64,000 bases of DNA from Desulfobacterales bacterium (GTDB lineage: Bacteria; Desulfobacterota; Desulfobacteria; Desulfobacterales; UBA2174). Of this stretch, positions 19,549 to 28,123 are shown in pieces; the first letter of the stretch is position 1, and every line of letters begins with the position of its first letter. The notes beneath the pieces are model-generated. The model worked only from the letters and a program-made list of their open reading frames with translations. It was not told the DNA's origin and did not search any database. Where the stretch lies: NCBI GenBank assembly GCA_963668645.2, contig CAXXWC010000003.1, positions 64,001-128,000 of the forward strand, read 5' to 3'. The position numbers and the translations under genes were made by a program.

Positions 19549-20634
19549 TCAAGAAATATCCATCACGGTCACCGCGACTTGCCGCGAACGTCCTTCACGC
19601 TCCACGGTCAGGTTCACCGGGTTGCCGATTCCGACCCGTTCGAGGATAGCGGCCAGATCTGAAAGATTGGCCACCGGCTGACCTTCGGCGGCCACGATGA
19701 CATCCCCGAACCGGTGTTGGAGCCGATCCATCGCCTGGAGTCCGACCCGCTCGGCCGAGCTGCCCGGCAGGACCCGCTCGATCACCACGCCGCGCAACCC
19801 CAGTCTAGCCGCGGCCTCTTCGTCCAGCACCACGATTCCCAATCCGGGCCGGGTCACCCGGCCGCGCCGGATCAGTTCCGGCACGATGCGGTTGACCGTA
19901 TCCACCGGCACGGCGAAGCCGACTCCTGCGAAGCTGCCCGATTGGCTCAGGATGGCGGTGTTGACCCCGATCAGGCGGCCGGCCGAATCGAGCAGGGGGC
20001 CGCCGCTGTTACCCGGGTTGATGGCCGCATCGGTCTGGATCACGCCGCTGATCTCGCGTCCGGTTCCTGCCGGCAGGCGGCGTCCCAGGGCGCTGATCAC
20101 CCCTGCGGTCAGGGTCCGGTCCAGGCCGAAGGGGTTGCCGATGGCGAAAACGGCCTGGCCGACCTTGAGATCGGTTGCCGTGCCGATGAGGATGGGCGCC
20201 GGCAGACTGCGGCTGGCTGCCAACTGGATCACGGCCAGGTCGTGGTCGGCCGAACCGCCCACCAGGCGGGCATCCACCGCCTCGCCCGAATCGAGGCGCA
20301 CCCGGATCCGGGACGCGTTCTCCACCACGTGGAAATTGGTCACCACGTGGCCGGCCCGGTCCCATACGAATCCGGAACCGGCGCCCCGCACATGCGCCCC
20401 ACCACCCGATGGCGACCAGCCCGCGCCTTCGGTGAAGATGTAGACCACCGAAGGCGCGGTCTGGGCAAAGATGGTGATGGCAAGCGTCTCGAATTCGGCC
20501 AACTCGCCGCGGGCCGTCACGGCCCTCGGCTGGTTGGCGCTCCACCAAAAACCGCGGATCAACCGGTCGCCCAGGTAAACCACCGCGATAATGGCCGTCC
20601 AGAGGACGAGGTAGCGAAGGGTGCGGGAAGACAC
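19549..20634 (-). CDS. Trypsin-like serine protease with PDZ domain (HtrA/DegP-like, S1C)
   Basis: GSGF, VTNFHVV, DLAV, QTDAAINPGNSGGPL triad motifs; N-terminal TM; GTG at 20634 with GGAG RBS. Confidence 0.9.
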   Translation of the reverse strand: MSSRTLRYLVLWTAIIAVVYLGDRLIRGFWWSANQPRAVTARGELAEFETLAITIFAQTAPSVVYIFTEGAGWSPSGGGAHVRGAGSGFVWDRAGHVVTNFHVVENASRIRVRLDSGEAVDARLVGGSADHDLAVIQLAASRSLPAPILIGTATDLKVGQAVFAIGNPFGLDRTLTAGVISALGRRLPAGTGREISGVIQTDAAINPGNSGGPLLDSAGRLIGVNTAILSQSGSFAGVGFAVPVDTVNRIVPELIRRGRVTRPGLGIVVLDEEAAARLGLRGVVIERVLPGSSAERVGLQAMDRLQHRFGDVIVAAEGQPVANLSDLAAILERVGIGNPVNLTVEREGRSRQVAVTVMDIS

Positions 20635-20644
20635 GGCTCCGCCG

Positions 20645-21121
20645 TCAACCGGCGCCCAGGCCCGCCAAGGCCTTGAGCACCGCGGGAACCGTGTTCTTGG
20701 GGCTGATCTTGTACCAGACAGCAGCGATGCGTCCGGTTTCATCCACGAGAAAGGCACTGCGCACCACCCCCATGAAGGACCGGCCGTAGAGCTTCTTTTC
20801 AGCCCAGACGCCGTAAGCCTCGGCGGTCCGGTGCTCAGGGTCGCTCAGAAGCGGGAAACCGAGATTGTGCTTGTCGTCGAAGCGCTTCTGGGCCTGGGGC
20901 GTGTCGGGACTGATGCCCACCACTGCAGCGCGCCGCTCGGCCAGCTGTCCAAGGGCATCGCGCACCGCCTGGGCCTGGGTGGTGCAGCCGGAGGTGCCGG
21001 CCCTGGGGTAGAAGTAAACCAAAAGCATTCGCCTGCTGAAATCCTCAAGGCTGACCGGCTGTCCATCCTGATCGTCGAGGGTAAAGCAGGGGGCTTTGTC
21101 ACCGGGCTTCAGTTCGACCAT
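20645..21121 (-). CDS. bcp: Thioredoxin-dependent thiol peroxidase (Bcp/PrxQ)
   Basis: YFYPRAGTSGCT, GISPD, FPLLSD, YGVW..KKLYG; no resolving Cys at the usual +5 position. Confidence 0.9.
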   Translation of the reverse strand: MVELKPGDKAPCFTLDDQDGQPVSLEDFSRRMLLVYFYPRAGTSGCTTQAQAVRDALGQLAERRAAVVGISPDTPQAQKRFDDKHNLGFPLLSDPEHRTAEAYGVWAEKKLYGRSFMGVVRSAFLVDETGRIAAVWYKISPKNTVPAVLKALAGLGAG

Positions 21122-21186
21122 GTCGCCATCCTTTTGCATGCGTCCTCTTGTCAGTCGTCAAGAAAGAGCCAAAACCGCCCCGGCGT

Positions 21187-22551
21187 TCAGCGCATCAACC
21201 AAAGCGCCACCTGAAAATAGATTGCGATTCCGGCCGCATCGATGATCGTGGCGATAAAAGGGCCGGCGGTCAAGGCCGGATCGAGTCCCAGCCTCTTGAG
21301 CAGCAAAGGCAGCAAAGAGCCCACCAGGTTGGCGGTGAGCAGGGTCGCCAGAAGGGCCGTGGCCACGATGGCGCTCAGAATCAGGTTGCTGTCCTGAAAA
21401 TAGACCCGCAGCCAGGCCATGATGCCCAGGGCCGCTCCCAGGGCCAGCCCCATGAGCAGCTCGCGCCAGAAGACCCTGCCGAAATCCTTGGGCTGGATTT
21501 CCCCCAGGGCCATGGCCCGCACCACCATGGTGGCGGACTGGGTGCCTGCGTTGCCGCTGGCGCCGATCACCATGGGGATAAAAAAAGAGAGGGCCACCAT
21601 CTGATGGAGTACCGCGGCGTTGTATTCCATCACCGAGGTGGAAAGGATCGAGGTGAACAAAAGGATGGCCAGCCACCAGAAGCGGTTCCAGAAAAGACGC
21701 ACCAGAGGCCAGCGCAGGTACTGCTCTTCGAAGGGTACCACGGCCGAGATGCGCTGAAAGTCTTCGGTGTTCTCGTCGCGCAGGATGTCCATGGCATCGT
21801 CAAAGGTCACGATCCCCAGCAGCCGCTGCTCGTGGTCCACCACCGGCAGGGCGATAAAATCGTACTTGGCCAGCTGCCGGGCCACCTCCTCGACACCGGT
21901 GTCGTGAAACACTGAGATCACGTCGGTGGTCATCACCTCGGCCAGACGCTGGCGCGGGTTGGACATGATCAAATGCCGCAGGCTGATCACGCCTTGGAGC
22001 TGCCGCCGTGCGGCGGTGATGTAAACGTAATAGATGGTTTCTCGGTTGGGTGCCTGGAGCCGAAGCTGGGGCAGGGCCTCGCCCACGGTCAGTTCGGCGG
22101 GAAGAAAGGCATACTCGGTGGTCATTTCCGCCCCGGCGGTCCCCTCTTCGTATTTCCAGAGGCGCTGGGTGGCGTTGCGCTCGGCCTGGGCGATAAGGGG
22201 CATCATGGCCTCGCGCACGTCCTCATCGACGCTCTTGAGCAGGTCGACCCGATCGTCGGGCTCCATGTGTTCGATGAGCTGGAGCATGCGCTGGGCGCTG
22301 CCCGCTTCGAGACAGGCCTTCTGGGAGGCCATCGAAAGGCGGCTGAAGGTCTCGGCCGCCACGGAATTACCGATGGCCCGCAGCACCTCTATAAGCTGCA
22401 CCGGGTCGAGAGCGGCCTCTTCGAGTTCGTCGGCGATGTCGGATGGATGGCGCTGGCGCAGCGATTCGACATCCACCGGCAGCACAACGGCCTCGGCCGG
22501 CGCGGACGGGTTGGGTGAAGGATTGGCGTTGGGGTGGCTGGGGCTGCTCAC
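21187..22551 (-). CDS. mgtE: Magnesium transporter MgtE
   Basis: TAGAEMTTEY, CBS pair, GNAGTQS, LGLDPAL..GPFIATIID; GTG start with AAGGAGG. Confidence 0.93.
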   Translation of the reverse strand: MSSPSHPNANPSPNPSAPAEAVVLPVDVESLRQRHPSDIADELEEAALDPVQLIEVLRAIGNSVAAETFSRLSMASQKACLEAGSAQRMLQLIEHMEPDDRVDLLKSVDEDVREAMMPLIAQAERNATQRLWKYEEGTAGAEMTTEYAFLPAELTVGEALPQLRLQAPNRETIYYVYITAARRQLQGVISLRHLIMSNPRQRLAEVMTTDVISVFHDTGVEEVARQLAKYDFIALPVVDHEQRLLGIVTFDDAMDILRDENTEDFQRISAVVPFEEQYLRWPLVRLFWNRFWWLAILLFTSILSTSVMEYNAAVLHQMVALSFFIPMVIGASGNAGTQSATMVVRAMALGEIQPKDFGRVFWRELLMGLALGAALGIMAWLRVYFQDSNLILSAIVATALLATLLTANLVGSLLPLLLKRLGLDPALTAGPFIATIIDAAGIAIYFQVALWLMR

Positions 22552-22618
22552 GGCGCGCCTCCTTTTCGCAATCGTTTTTCACTGTCGAAAACCGTTGCGA
22601 ACCGGGGCGCCCGCGCGC

Positions 22619-22750
22619 TCAGCGGATCAGGCGGAACGGCACGGCGGCACGGCGGCAGGGCTCTGCGACAGCGGGAAACCGGACAGTCAATGGGACAGGG
22701 TCGTCCGGATCGTCGAATTGTTGGGGACTAGTACCAGGGTCTCCGTCCAT
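22619..22750 (-). CDS. Putative proline-rich leader peptide (MgtL-like uORF) of mgtE
   Basis: AGGAAAGG 6 nt before ATG; MDGDPGTSPQQFDDPDDPVPLTVRFPAVAEPCRRAAVPFRLIR (43 aa, 8 Pro), ending 67 nt upstream of mgtE; below the ORF-track size limit. Confidence 0.6.
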   Translation of the reverse strand: MDGDPGTSPQQFDDPDDPVPLTVRFPAVAEPCRRAAVPFRLIR

Positions 22751-23200
22751 GGGGTACCTTTCCTAAGTGTTACCGGCCAAAGCCCGGACCGTGGTAAAAA
22801 ACGATCGGCCAAAACTGGTCCAGGACCATTGCAAAATTCCGAGGCACTTTAAGCCCACCGTATCGTGGCTGTCAAGACGCAAACGCCGGGGCCTGCGATT
22901 CTCGCCACGCCCCAGGTGGCAGGGTCCGGATCCAGAGGACAACGGGGCATCACGAACGCCCCCTGGGTAGCCCCGCAAGCAGGAGAAAATCCTTCGCATC
23001 GTTGTGAGAATTTGATTGATTTTGAAAAAATACGACCCCGGCCGGTTGCCATCCGGCCCGGGACGCCTTATTAGTGCCGGCGCACCCCGTCGCACAATCG
23101 GCCGGGGTGCGCCTGTTTCCAATCGCCGCCAAAAGCCGCTGGACGGCACGGCGCCGGGCTTTTAAACTGAAGACGACCGACTCACGCAAAGGAGAGCAAC

Positions 23201-23758
23201 ATGACGGATCGCGGGCAAACGACCCTTTACAGCGGCGGACACAAAGGAGCCGAGGCCGAGTTCGGCCGGCTGGCCGAGCAGTGGGGGCTGAACGAAGTCA
23301 ATTTTTCTTACGAGGGCAACGTACCGCAACGCATGCGCGGCCTGCGGGTACTGAGCCTTCAGGAACTCGACAAGGGCAACGTGAGCATGGAAATCGTATC
23401 GACCCGGCTGGGGCGCACCTTTTCCAAAGCCGAAAAGATCCGCAAGGTCATTCAGGCGATCTTCCACATGGTCAACAACGGCTACCATGTCCTGGCGGTG
23501 GGCTGGATCCAGACGGACGGCACCGTCAAGGGGGGCACCGGCTGGGGCGTCGAACTGGCCAAGCTCTTCAATCGCCCGCTCCATGTCTACGACCAGGACC
23601 GCCGGGCCTGGTTCGCCTGGAAGAACAACTCCTGGGTGGCCGAAACTCCGGTCCTGGCGCATAAAACTTTCGTCGGCACCGGCACGCGCAACCTCAGCGA
23701 CGAGGGCCGGCGGGCCATCGGCGACTTTTTCGAAACCAACTTCGGTCCGGCCCGCTGA
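23201..23758 (+). CDS. Conserved hypothetical protein, SLOG/MoCo-carrier-like fold suspected
   Basis: LYSGGHKGAE N-terminal motif and GGTGWGVELAK..NRPLHVYDQ, GTGTR; RBS AAGGAG. Confidence 0.6.
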   Translation: MTDRGQTTLYSGGHKGAEAEFGRLAEQWGLNEVNFSYEGNVPQRMRGLRVLSLQELDKGNVSMEIVSTRLGRTFSKAEKIRKVIQAIFHMVNNGYHVLAVGWIQTDGTVKGGTGWGVELAKLFNRPLHVYDQDRRAWFAWKNNSWVAETPVLAHKTFVGTGTRNLSDEGRRAIGDFFETNFGPAR

Positions 23759-23884
23759 AAGGTTTGGCGGTCATCCCGCTGAGCAGGGATGGCGGTCACG
23801 CTTTTTCATCTTTCCGGCCGCGTCTTGCCAGCGAGGACGCCTGCGCCGGGCCCCACCGGGGTGCTACCACCGTGGTGCCAGGGT

Positions 23885-24463
23885 TCACTCCCGCTCGGAG
23901 ATGTCCTTTACGTGCTCTGGTCCGGCGGCATAGGCGCGGATCATCTCGATCTCGTTTTTGGGAATGCACAGGGCCTGAAGAAAGCGCAGGTGCTTTTGCG
24001 GCGCCCGGCGCTCGAACTCCCGGTGCCAGACGAGCATATCGTCCTCGCTGAACCCCGAGGCGGCGAGCAGGTCAACCCAGGCAGCCTTGTCGAGCATCCC
24101 GTCTTCGGGGAGACGGCCGGCGCCGAGCAGTCCGAGAATCAGCCTCTGCTGCTGGCGCAGGGCCTGGATCTCCTGGCTCAGCTCATCAAGTCGCGCCTCC
24201 AGGGTCCGGGCCAGGCGGCTTTCCGGTGCCTCCAGCACCCTGACGATGGCCCCCAGGCCAAGGCCGGCGCGCCGGTACGCCATGATCTGGCCGAGGCGTG
24301 CAGCGTCGGCCTGGCTGTATTGGCGGTAGCCACCCGGTGTGCGTCCCGAAGGCCGCAGCAGGCCGATGCGGTCATAGTAGAGCAGGGCGGTACGCGACAG
24401 GCCGTAGCGGCGTGCCAGACGGCCGACGGTGTATCCGGTCCGGTCCTTCATGGGGGATTCCAT
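23885..24463 (-). CDS. MerR family transcriptional regulator
   Basis: YTVGRLA..YGLSRTALLYYDRIGLL.P..R..GGYRQY HTH followed by coiled coil. Confidence 0.9.
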   Translation of the reverse strand: MESPMKDRTGYTVGRLARRYGLSRTALLYYDRIGLLRPSGRTPGGYRQYSQADAARLGQIMAYRRAGLGLGAIVRVLEAPESRLARTLEARLDELSQEIQALRQQQRLILGLLGAGRLPEDGMLDKAAWVDLLAASGFSEDDMLVWHREFERRAPQKHLRFLQALCIPKNEIEMIRAYAAGPEHVKDISERE

Positions 24464-24493
24464 TTTTTCTGCACCTTTGAAGGGCCGTCCGGT

Positions 24494-25012
24494 TTATCCC
24501 GGCTCGTCCATGTGGGCAGATGCGGCGCCCAGGGCCGCATCCAGCGTCAACCGGGCACCGGTGGCCAGATAGTGGTTGAGCATCCGCTCCAGGGCCGCAT
24601 GCTGGGCCGCATAGGTAGCCTCGTCGATCCCCGCCAGCAGCCGGGCGCCCTTCTCGTCAAGGGCGGTGTAGACCCGGGTCCAAACACTGTTGCACCCGCC
24701 ACCGCCAGCCTCATCAAGCAAGATGCTGAGCCGGGTGACACGATGGGCGCCGACGATGACGTAGTCGATGCGCCGCGGCGGATCGTAGCAGGAGCAGGTC
24801 CAGGTCTCGGGGCCGCCGTTTTGCGCAAAATCGGTCTTAAAGACACAGTCCAATTCGGCGACCCCGCTGGCGGAATGGATCAACATACACTGCCAGGGTT
24901 CGATCCAGTCGTACTCGCGTACCGGACAGAGCAGCGCGAAAACGTCGGCAGCCGGGGCGCGATGCGCGGCCCGGTAGTGGCGCACGATGCGGGTGGTGGT
25001 CGATTGGTCCAT
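24494..25012 (-). CDS. Hypothetical protein, SRPBCC-like
   Basis: APAADVFALLCPVREYDW..W start, beta-rich core and C-terminal helix (LERMLNHYLATG). Confidence 0.6.
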   Translation of the reverse strand: MDQSTTTRIVRHYRAAHRAPAADVFALLCPVREYDWIEPWQCMLIHSASGVAELDCVFKTDFAQNGGPETWTCSCYDPPRRIDYVIVGAHRVTRLSILLDEAGGGGCNSVWTRVYTALDEKGARLLAGIDEATYAAQHAALERMLNHYLATGARLTLDAALGAASAHMDEPG

Positions 25013-25065
25013 ACGGTTCCTCCAAGCAGTTCGGGTTAGGTTCGCTTCACCGCCCCTCGCCTGCA

Positions 25066-25088
25066 CTATGAACCGGTAGACAGGTCAA
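25066..25088 (-). promoter_or_regulatory. Possible MerR-type operator/promoter
   Basis: TTGACC followed by imperfect dyad CTGTCTACCGGTTCATAG upstream of the SRPBCC-merR pair; no clear -10. Confidence 0.35.
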
Positions 25089-25132
25089 CTGAAAAAATCG
25101 CCGCTATCACCGTCAGGTTTATCACCGCCCGG

Positions 25133-25879
25133 TCAGGGAATCGTGTCCATGGCCGCAAAACGCGGCTCGTGCAGCGGAATCAGGATGTCGGCCATGTCGC
25201 GCACCCGGCGCAGGATATCGTAGGCCTGGCAGGGGTTGACCGGGGTGCCAGGAGGAATCACTTCCATCTCCATGGCCCGGATGGCCGCCGGGGGATCGAA
25301 GTTTTCCGCGATGACGCAAAAACCGGTAATCACCGCCAACCCTTCGGCGGTATCCACCGCCACGCTCATCCCGCCTTCGGTGTGGGCCGGGGTGTGGATC
25401 ATGCGAATCCCGGGCATGATCTGGGTGTCCCCGGTCAGCGCTGTGATCTGGCCGTTTTCCTCCACCTCCTCGATGTAGTCTTCAAGGTAGCGAAAATCGA
25501 GGGGATGCGGATCGTGGATGTGCTCCAGTTCCTTCTGGTGGACGTAGAAACGGGCGTTTGCGCACTTGTAGTCGTTTTCGCAGTGGTCGTTGTGAAGATG
25601 GGTGTGAATCACAACGTCGATCTCTTCGGGCTTGAGGCCCCAACGCGCCAGCCCCTCTTCGAAGGTGTAGATCGGCCCACCGATGGTCTTTTCGCGGTCC
25701 GCGCTGCGGATGGGGCTCATCTCTCCGCTATCGACCAGGATCTTCTTGTCCCCGCCCTCAAGGTACCAGCAGTAGATGGGAATGGTGTACGGCCTGCCGT
25801 ACTCGTGCTGGTAGGTCATCATCCCCTTGTCAAACACCTTGGTGCCCATCACGATGGGGTGGATGCGATAGGTGTCCAT
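25133..25879 (-). CDS. N-acyl homoserine lactonase family MBL-fold hydrolase
   Basis: ILVDSG, HTHLHNDH (HxHxDH), HTPAHTEG, IPLHE; RBS GGAGAGG. Confidence 0.8.
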   Translation of the reverse strand: MDTYRIHPIVMGTKVFDKGMMTYQHEYGRPYTIPIYCWYLEGGDKKILVDSGEMSPIRSADREKTIGGPIYTFEEGLARWGLKPEEIDVVIHTHLHNDHCENDYKCANARFYVHQKELEHIHDPHPLDFRYLEDYIEEVEENGQITALTGDTQIMPGIRMIHTPAHTEGGMSVAVDTAEGLAVITGFCVIAENFDPPAAIRAMEMEVIPPGTPVNPCQAYDILRRVRDMADILIPLHEPRFAAMDTIP

Positions 25880-25939
25880 GAAGCATGCCTCTCCAAGCCC
25901 CGGAACGTGCGTTGCGTGCACCCTGGGGCGGCCCGTCGT

Positions 25940-28123
25940 TTAAAAACTGTTCCCCTCCATTACCGATCTTTGGTTCGGGTTACAATCCGAAGAAGCCCTT
26001 GGCAAATACTTTCTGACGATATCGATCAGGTCGTAGGCGCCCAGCGGCTTTTTGACAAAGGTGCGCATCCCGGCCGCCGACACGTCCTCTGCCGACAGCC
26101 CCGGACTGTAGCCCGAACACAGCACGATGGATACATCCGGACGGATCGCCAGCATCTTGGAGGCCAGCTCCATCCCCGTGATCTGCGGCATCACCTGGTC
26201 GGTGATCACCAGATCGTAGCGCCCGGGATCGCTACGGAATATCGCCAGGGCCTCGAATCCGCTGGTGCTCACCTTCACCTCGCAGCCCAACTCACTCAAA
26301 ATATCCCGGACAAAATCGGTCTGGTCCTGATCGTCGTCCACGAACAGCACCGCTCCGCGCAGCAGCGGACCGGCAGCCGCCTGCTTCTCGATCCTGGCAA
26401 TATCCCCGCTATAGCGCGGCAGGTACACCTCGAACACGCTGCCCGCACCCAGCCGCGTCTCAACCCGGATCGTGCCCCCCAGGTCCTTGACGATCCCGTG
26501 AACCACCGAAAGCCCCATCCCCGTGCCCGCCCCGGCCTTCTTGGTCGTGTAAAACGGCTCGAAAACATGTTCCAGCGTCTCGGGCGTCATCCCGCAGCCC
26601 GTGTCGCTCACCCGGATCAGAATGTACGGACCGGACCCCGGCTCCAAAATCCGGTAACCCCCGGCCGGCACCGCCCCGGTCTCCGAAAGCCCCACCTCCA
26701 GCCGCCCCCCCTTGGCTCCCATCGCCTGGACCGCGTTGGCCGCCAGGTTCATCAGCAGCTGATGAATATGGGTCGGATCGGCATACACCGCATCGGCACC
26801 GCAACTGTTCGTCTTGACGATCTCGATGGTGCTCGGAATCCCCGCCCTTAAAAAATCGAGCGTCTCGCGCACGATCGGATTGATGAACACCGGCAGTTTC
26901 TCCTGCTCGCTGCGCCGGCAGAAGGTCAGAATCTGGCGCACCAGTCCCTTGCCCCGGTACGCCGCATTGAGGATGTGCGTCAGCCGCTTTTCGCTGCGAC
27001 TGCCGGTTTGTGTGTCGAACATCTCCATCATCTCGGCATAGCCGATGATCGTGCCCAGCGTGTTGTTGAAATCGTGGGCAATGCCGCCGGCAAACGTGCC
27101 CAGCGCCTCCATCTTCTGCGTCTGCAACAGCCGGTGTTCCATCTTCCGGCGTTCGCACAGCTCGCCTTCAAGCTGACGCGTGCGCTGCGATACCTGGCGC
27201 TTCAACACCCGGTTCCACAAAAAGACGAACCCTCCCGAAACGAAAACCAGAATGCCGATGGTGGATAGAACATACAGAAATATACGATTGAAAAGGAAAG
27301 AGCCGTGACTCAGGCTGAACCACTTGCCGAACACGGCCCGCCGTTCCCTGAGCGTGATCTGGGCCAGGGCCTTATCCAGTATCCGGTTGATCTGCGGGGC
27401 ATTGGCGTTGGTGGCGAAGCATAGCTGGTTCGAGGGACCGGCGGTCCCGGCCATGCGAAGGTTGGTCAGCCGGAATTTTTCGATCAGGTAATTGGCGGTC
27501 GCCAGATTGCAGATCATGGCATCGGACTGGTGCCGGGAGACTTTCTCGAGCCCTTCGATCTCGTTGCTCACCAGATCGAGAGGCAGGTCCGGGTATTTCT
27601 TCTGGATGAAATGCTGAATCGCAAAATCCTGGACGACCGAAATCTTCATTCCCGCCATCCTCTCCAGCAAAAGGTCTCCTTTGAAATCCCTTCTGGTGAT
27701 GATCGCGTGGGGAAAGTCGATATACGGGCTTGTAAAATTCAAATACGGAGTACGTTCCTCGGTATTCTGGAAGTTGCATTTGATGACGATTACCTTTTGC
27801 ATCAACTTGATGGAGTCGCTGAACACCCAACTGGCCGGGAGGGGAAGCGGTTGAAAGCGGACCCCTAGCTTGGATTCGATCAGGTCGATGAAATCGGCGG
27901 AAATCCCGTCCCAAACGCCGCCCTTGTTGAAAAACTCGAGTGGCGGGCTGGAATCGAACTGGACGACCCGAATCCGGGGCAGATTGTTTTCGAGCCAGCT
28001 CTGTTCCCCGGCGGTGAGAAAATCCGGCCTCTGCCGGCACCCCGAAAGGCAAAACGCCACCACCCCCAAAACGAACAGGCGCACCACTCGCCGGATCGTT
28101 TTATCACTGCTGGTCATCGTCAT
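25940..28123 (-). CDS. Hybrid sensor histidine kinase/receiver with periplasmic family-3 solute-binding sensor (HK1)
   Basis: TM-SBP3-TM; QKMEALGTFAGGIAHDFNN H-box; DTGCGM, FEPFYTTK, GTGMGLS; receiver VDDD...DQVMP...KP. Confidence 0.9.
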   Translation of the reverse strand: MTMTSSDKTIRRVVRLFVLGVVAFCLSGCRQRPDFLTAGEQSWLENNLPRIRVVQFDSSPPLEFFNKGGVWDGISADFIDLIESKLGVRFQPLPLPASWVFSDSIKLMQKVIVIKCNFQNTEERTPYLNFTSPYIDFPHAIITRRDFKGDLLLERMAGMKISVVQDFAIQHFIQKKYPDLPLDLVSNEIEGLEKVSRHQSDAMICNLATANYLIEKFRLTNLRMAGTAGPSNQLCFATNANAPQINRILDKALAQITLRERRAVFGKWFSLSHGSFLFNRIFLYVLSTIGILVFVSGGFVFLWNRVLKRQVSQRTRQLEGELCERRKMEHRLLQTQKMEALGTFAGGIAHDFNNTLGTIIGYAEMMEMFDTQTGSRSEKRLTHILNAAYRGKGLVRQILTFCRRSEQEKLPVFINPIVRETLDFLRAGIPSTIEIVKTNSCGADAVYADPTHIHQLLMNLAANAVQAMGAKGGRLEVGLSETGAVPAGGYRILEPGSGPYILIRVSDTGCGMTPETLEHVFEPFYTTKKAGAGTGMGLSVVHGIVKDLGGTIRVETRLGAGSVFEVYLPRYSGDIARIEKQAAAGPLLRGAVLFVDDDQDQTDFVRDILSELGCEVKVSTSGFEALAIFRSDPGRYDLVITDQVMPQITGMELASKMLAIRPDVSIVLCSGYSPGLSAEDVSAAGMRTFVKKPLGAYDLIDIVRKYLPRASSDCNPNQRSVMEGNSF
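26006..27217. repeat. Copy 1 of ~1.2-kb near-identical kinase/receiver segment
   Basis: Aligns to 29572-30786 at offset 3566-3569; identical antisense ORFs at 26814-27041 and 30383-30610. Confidence 0.92.

Noticed and set aside
20980..21000. Selenocysteine at the Bcp active site
   Set aside because: The peroxidatic codon is TGC (Cys), with no in-frame TGA.
22560..23000. M-box (ykoK) riboswitch upstream of mgtE
   Set aside because: I could not recognise its conserved elements by eye; a leader ORF explains the region better. An Rfam scan would settle it.
25169..26851. Long plus-strand ORFs (also 23789-25039, 32044-33255, 33293-34825, 38272-39807, 60457-62421)
   Set aside because: Antisense to well-supported genes; long stop-free shadow frames are expected in GC-rich DNA.
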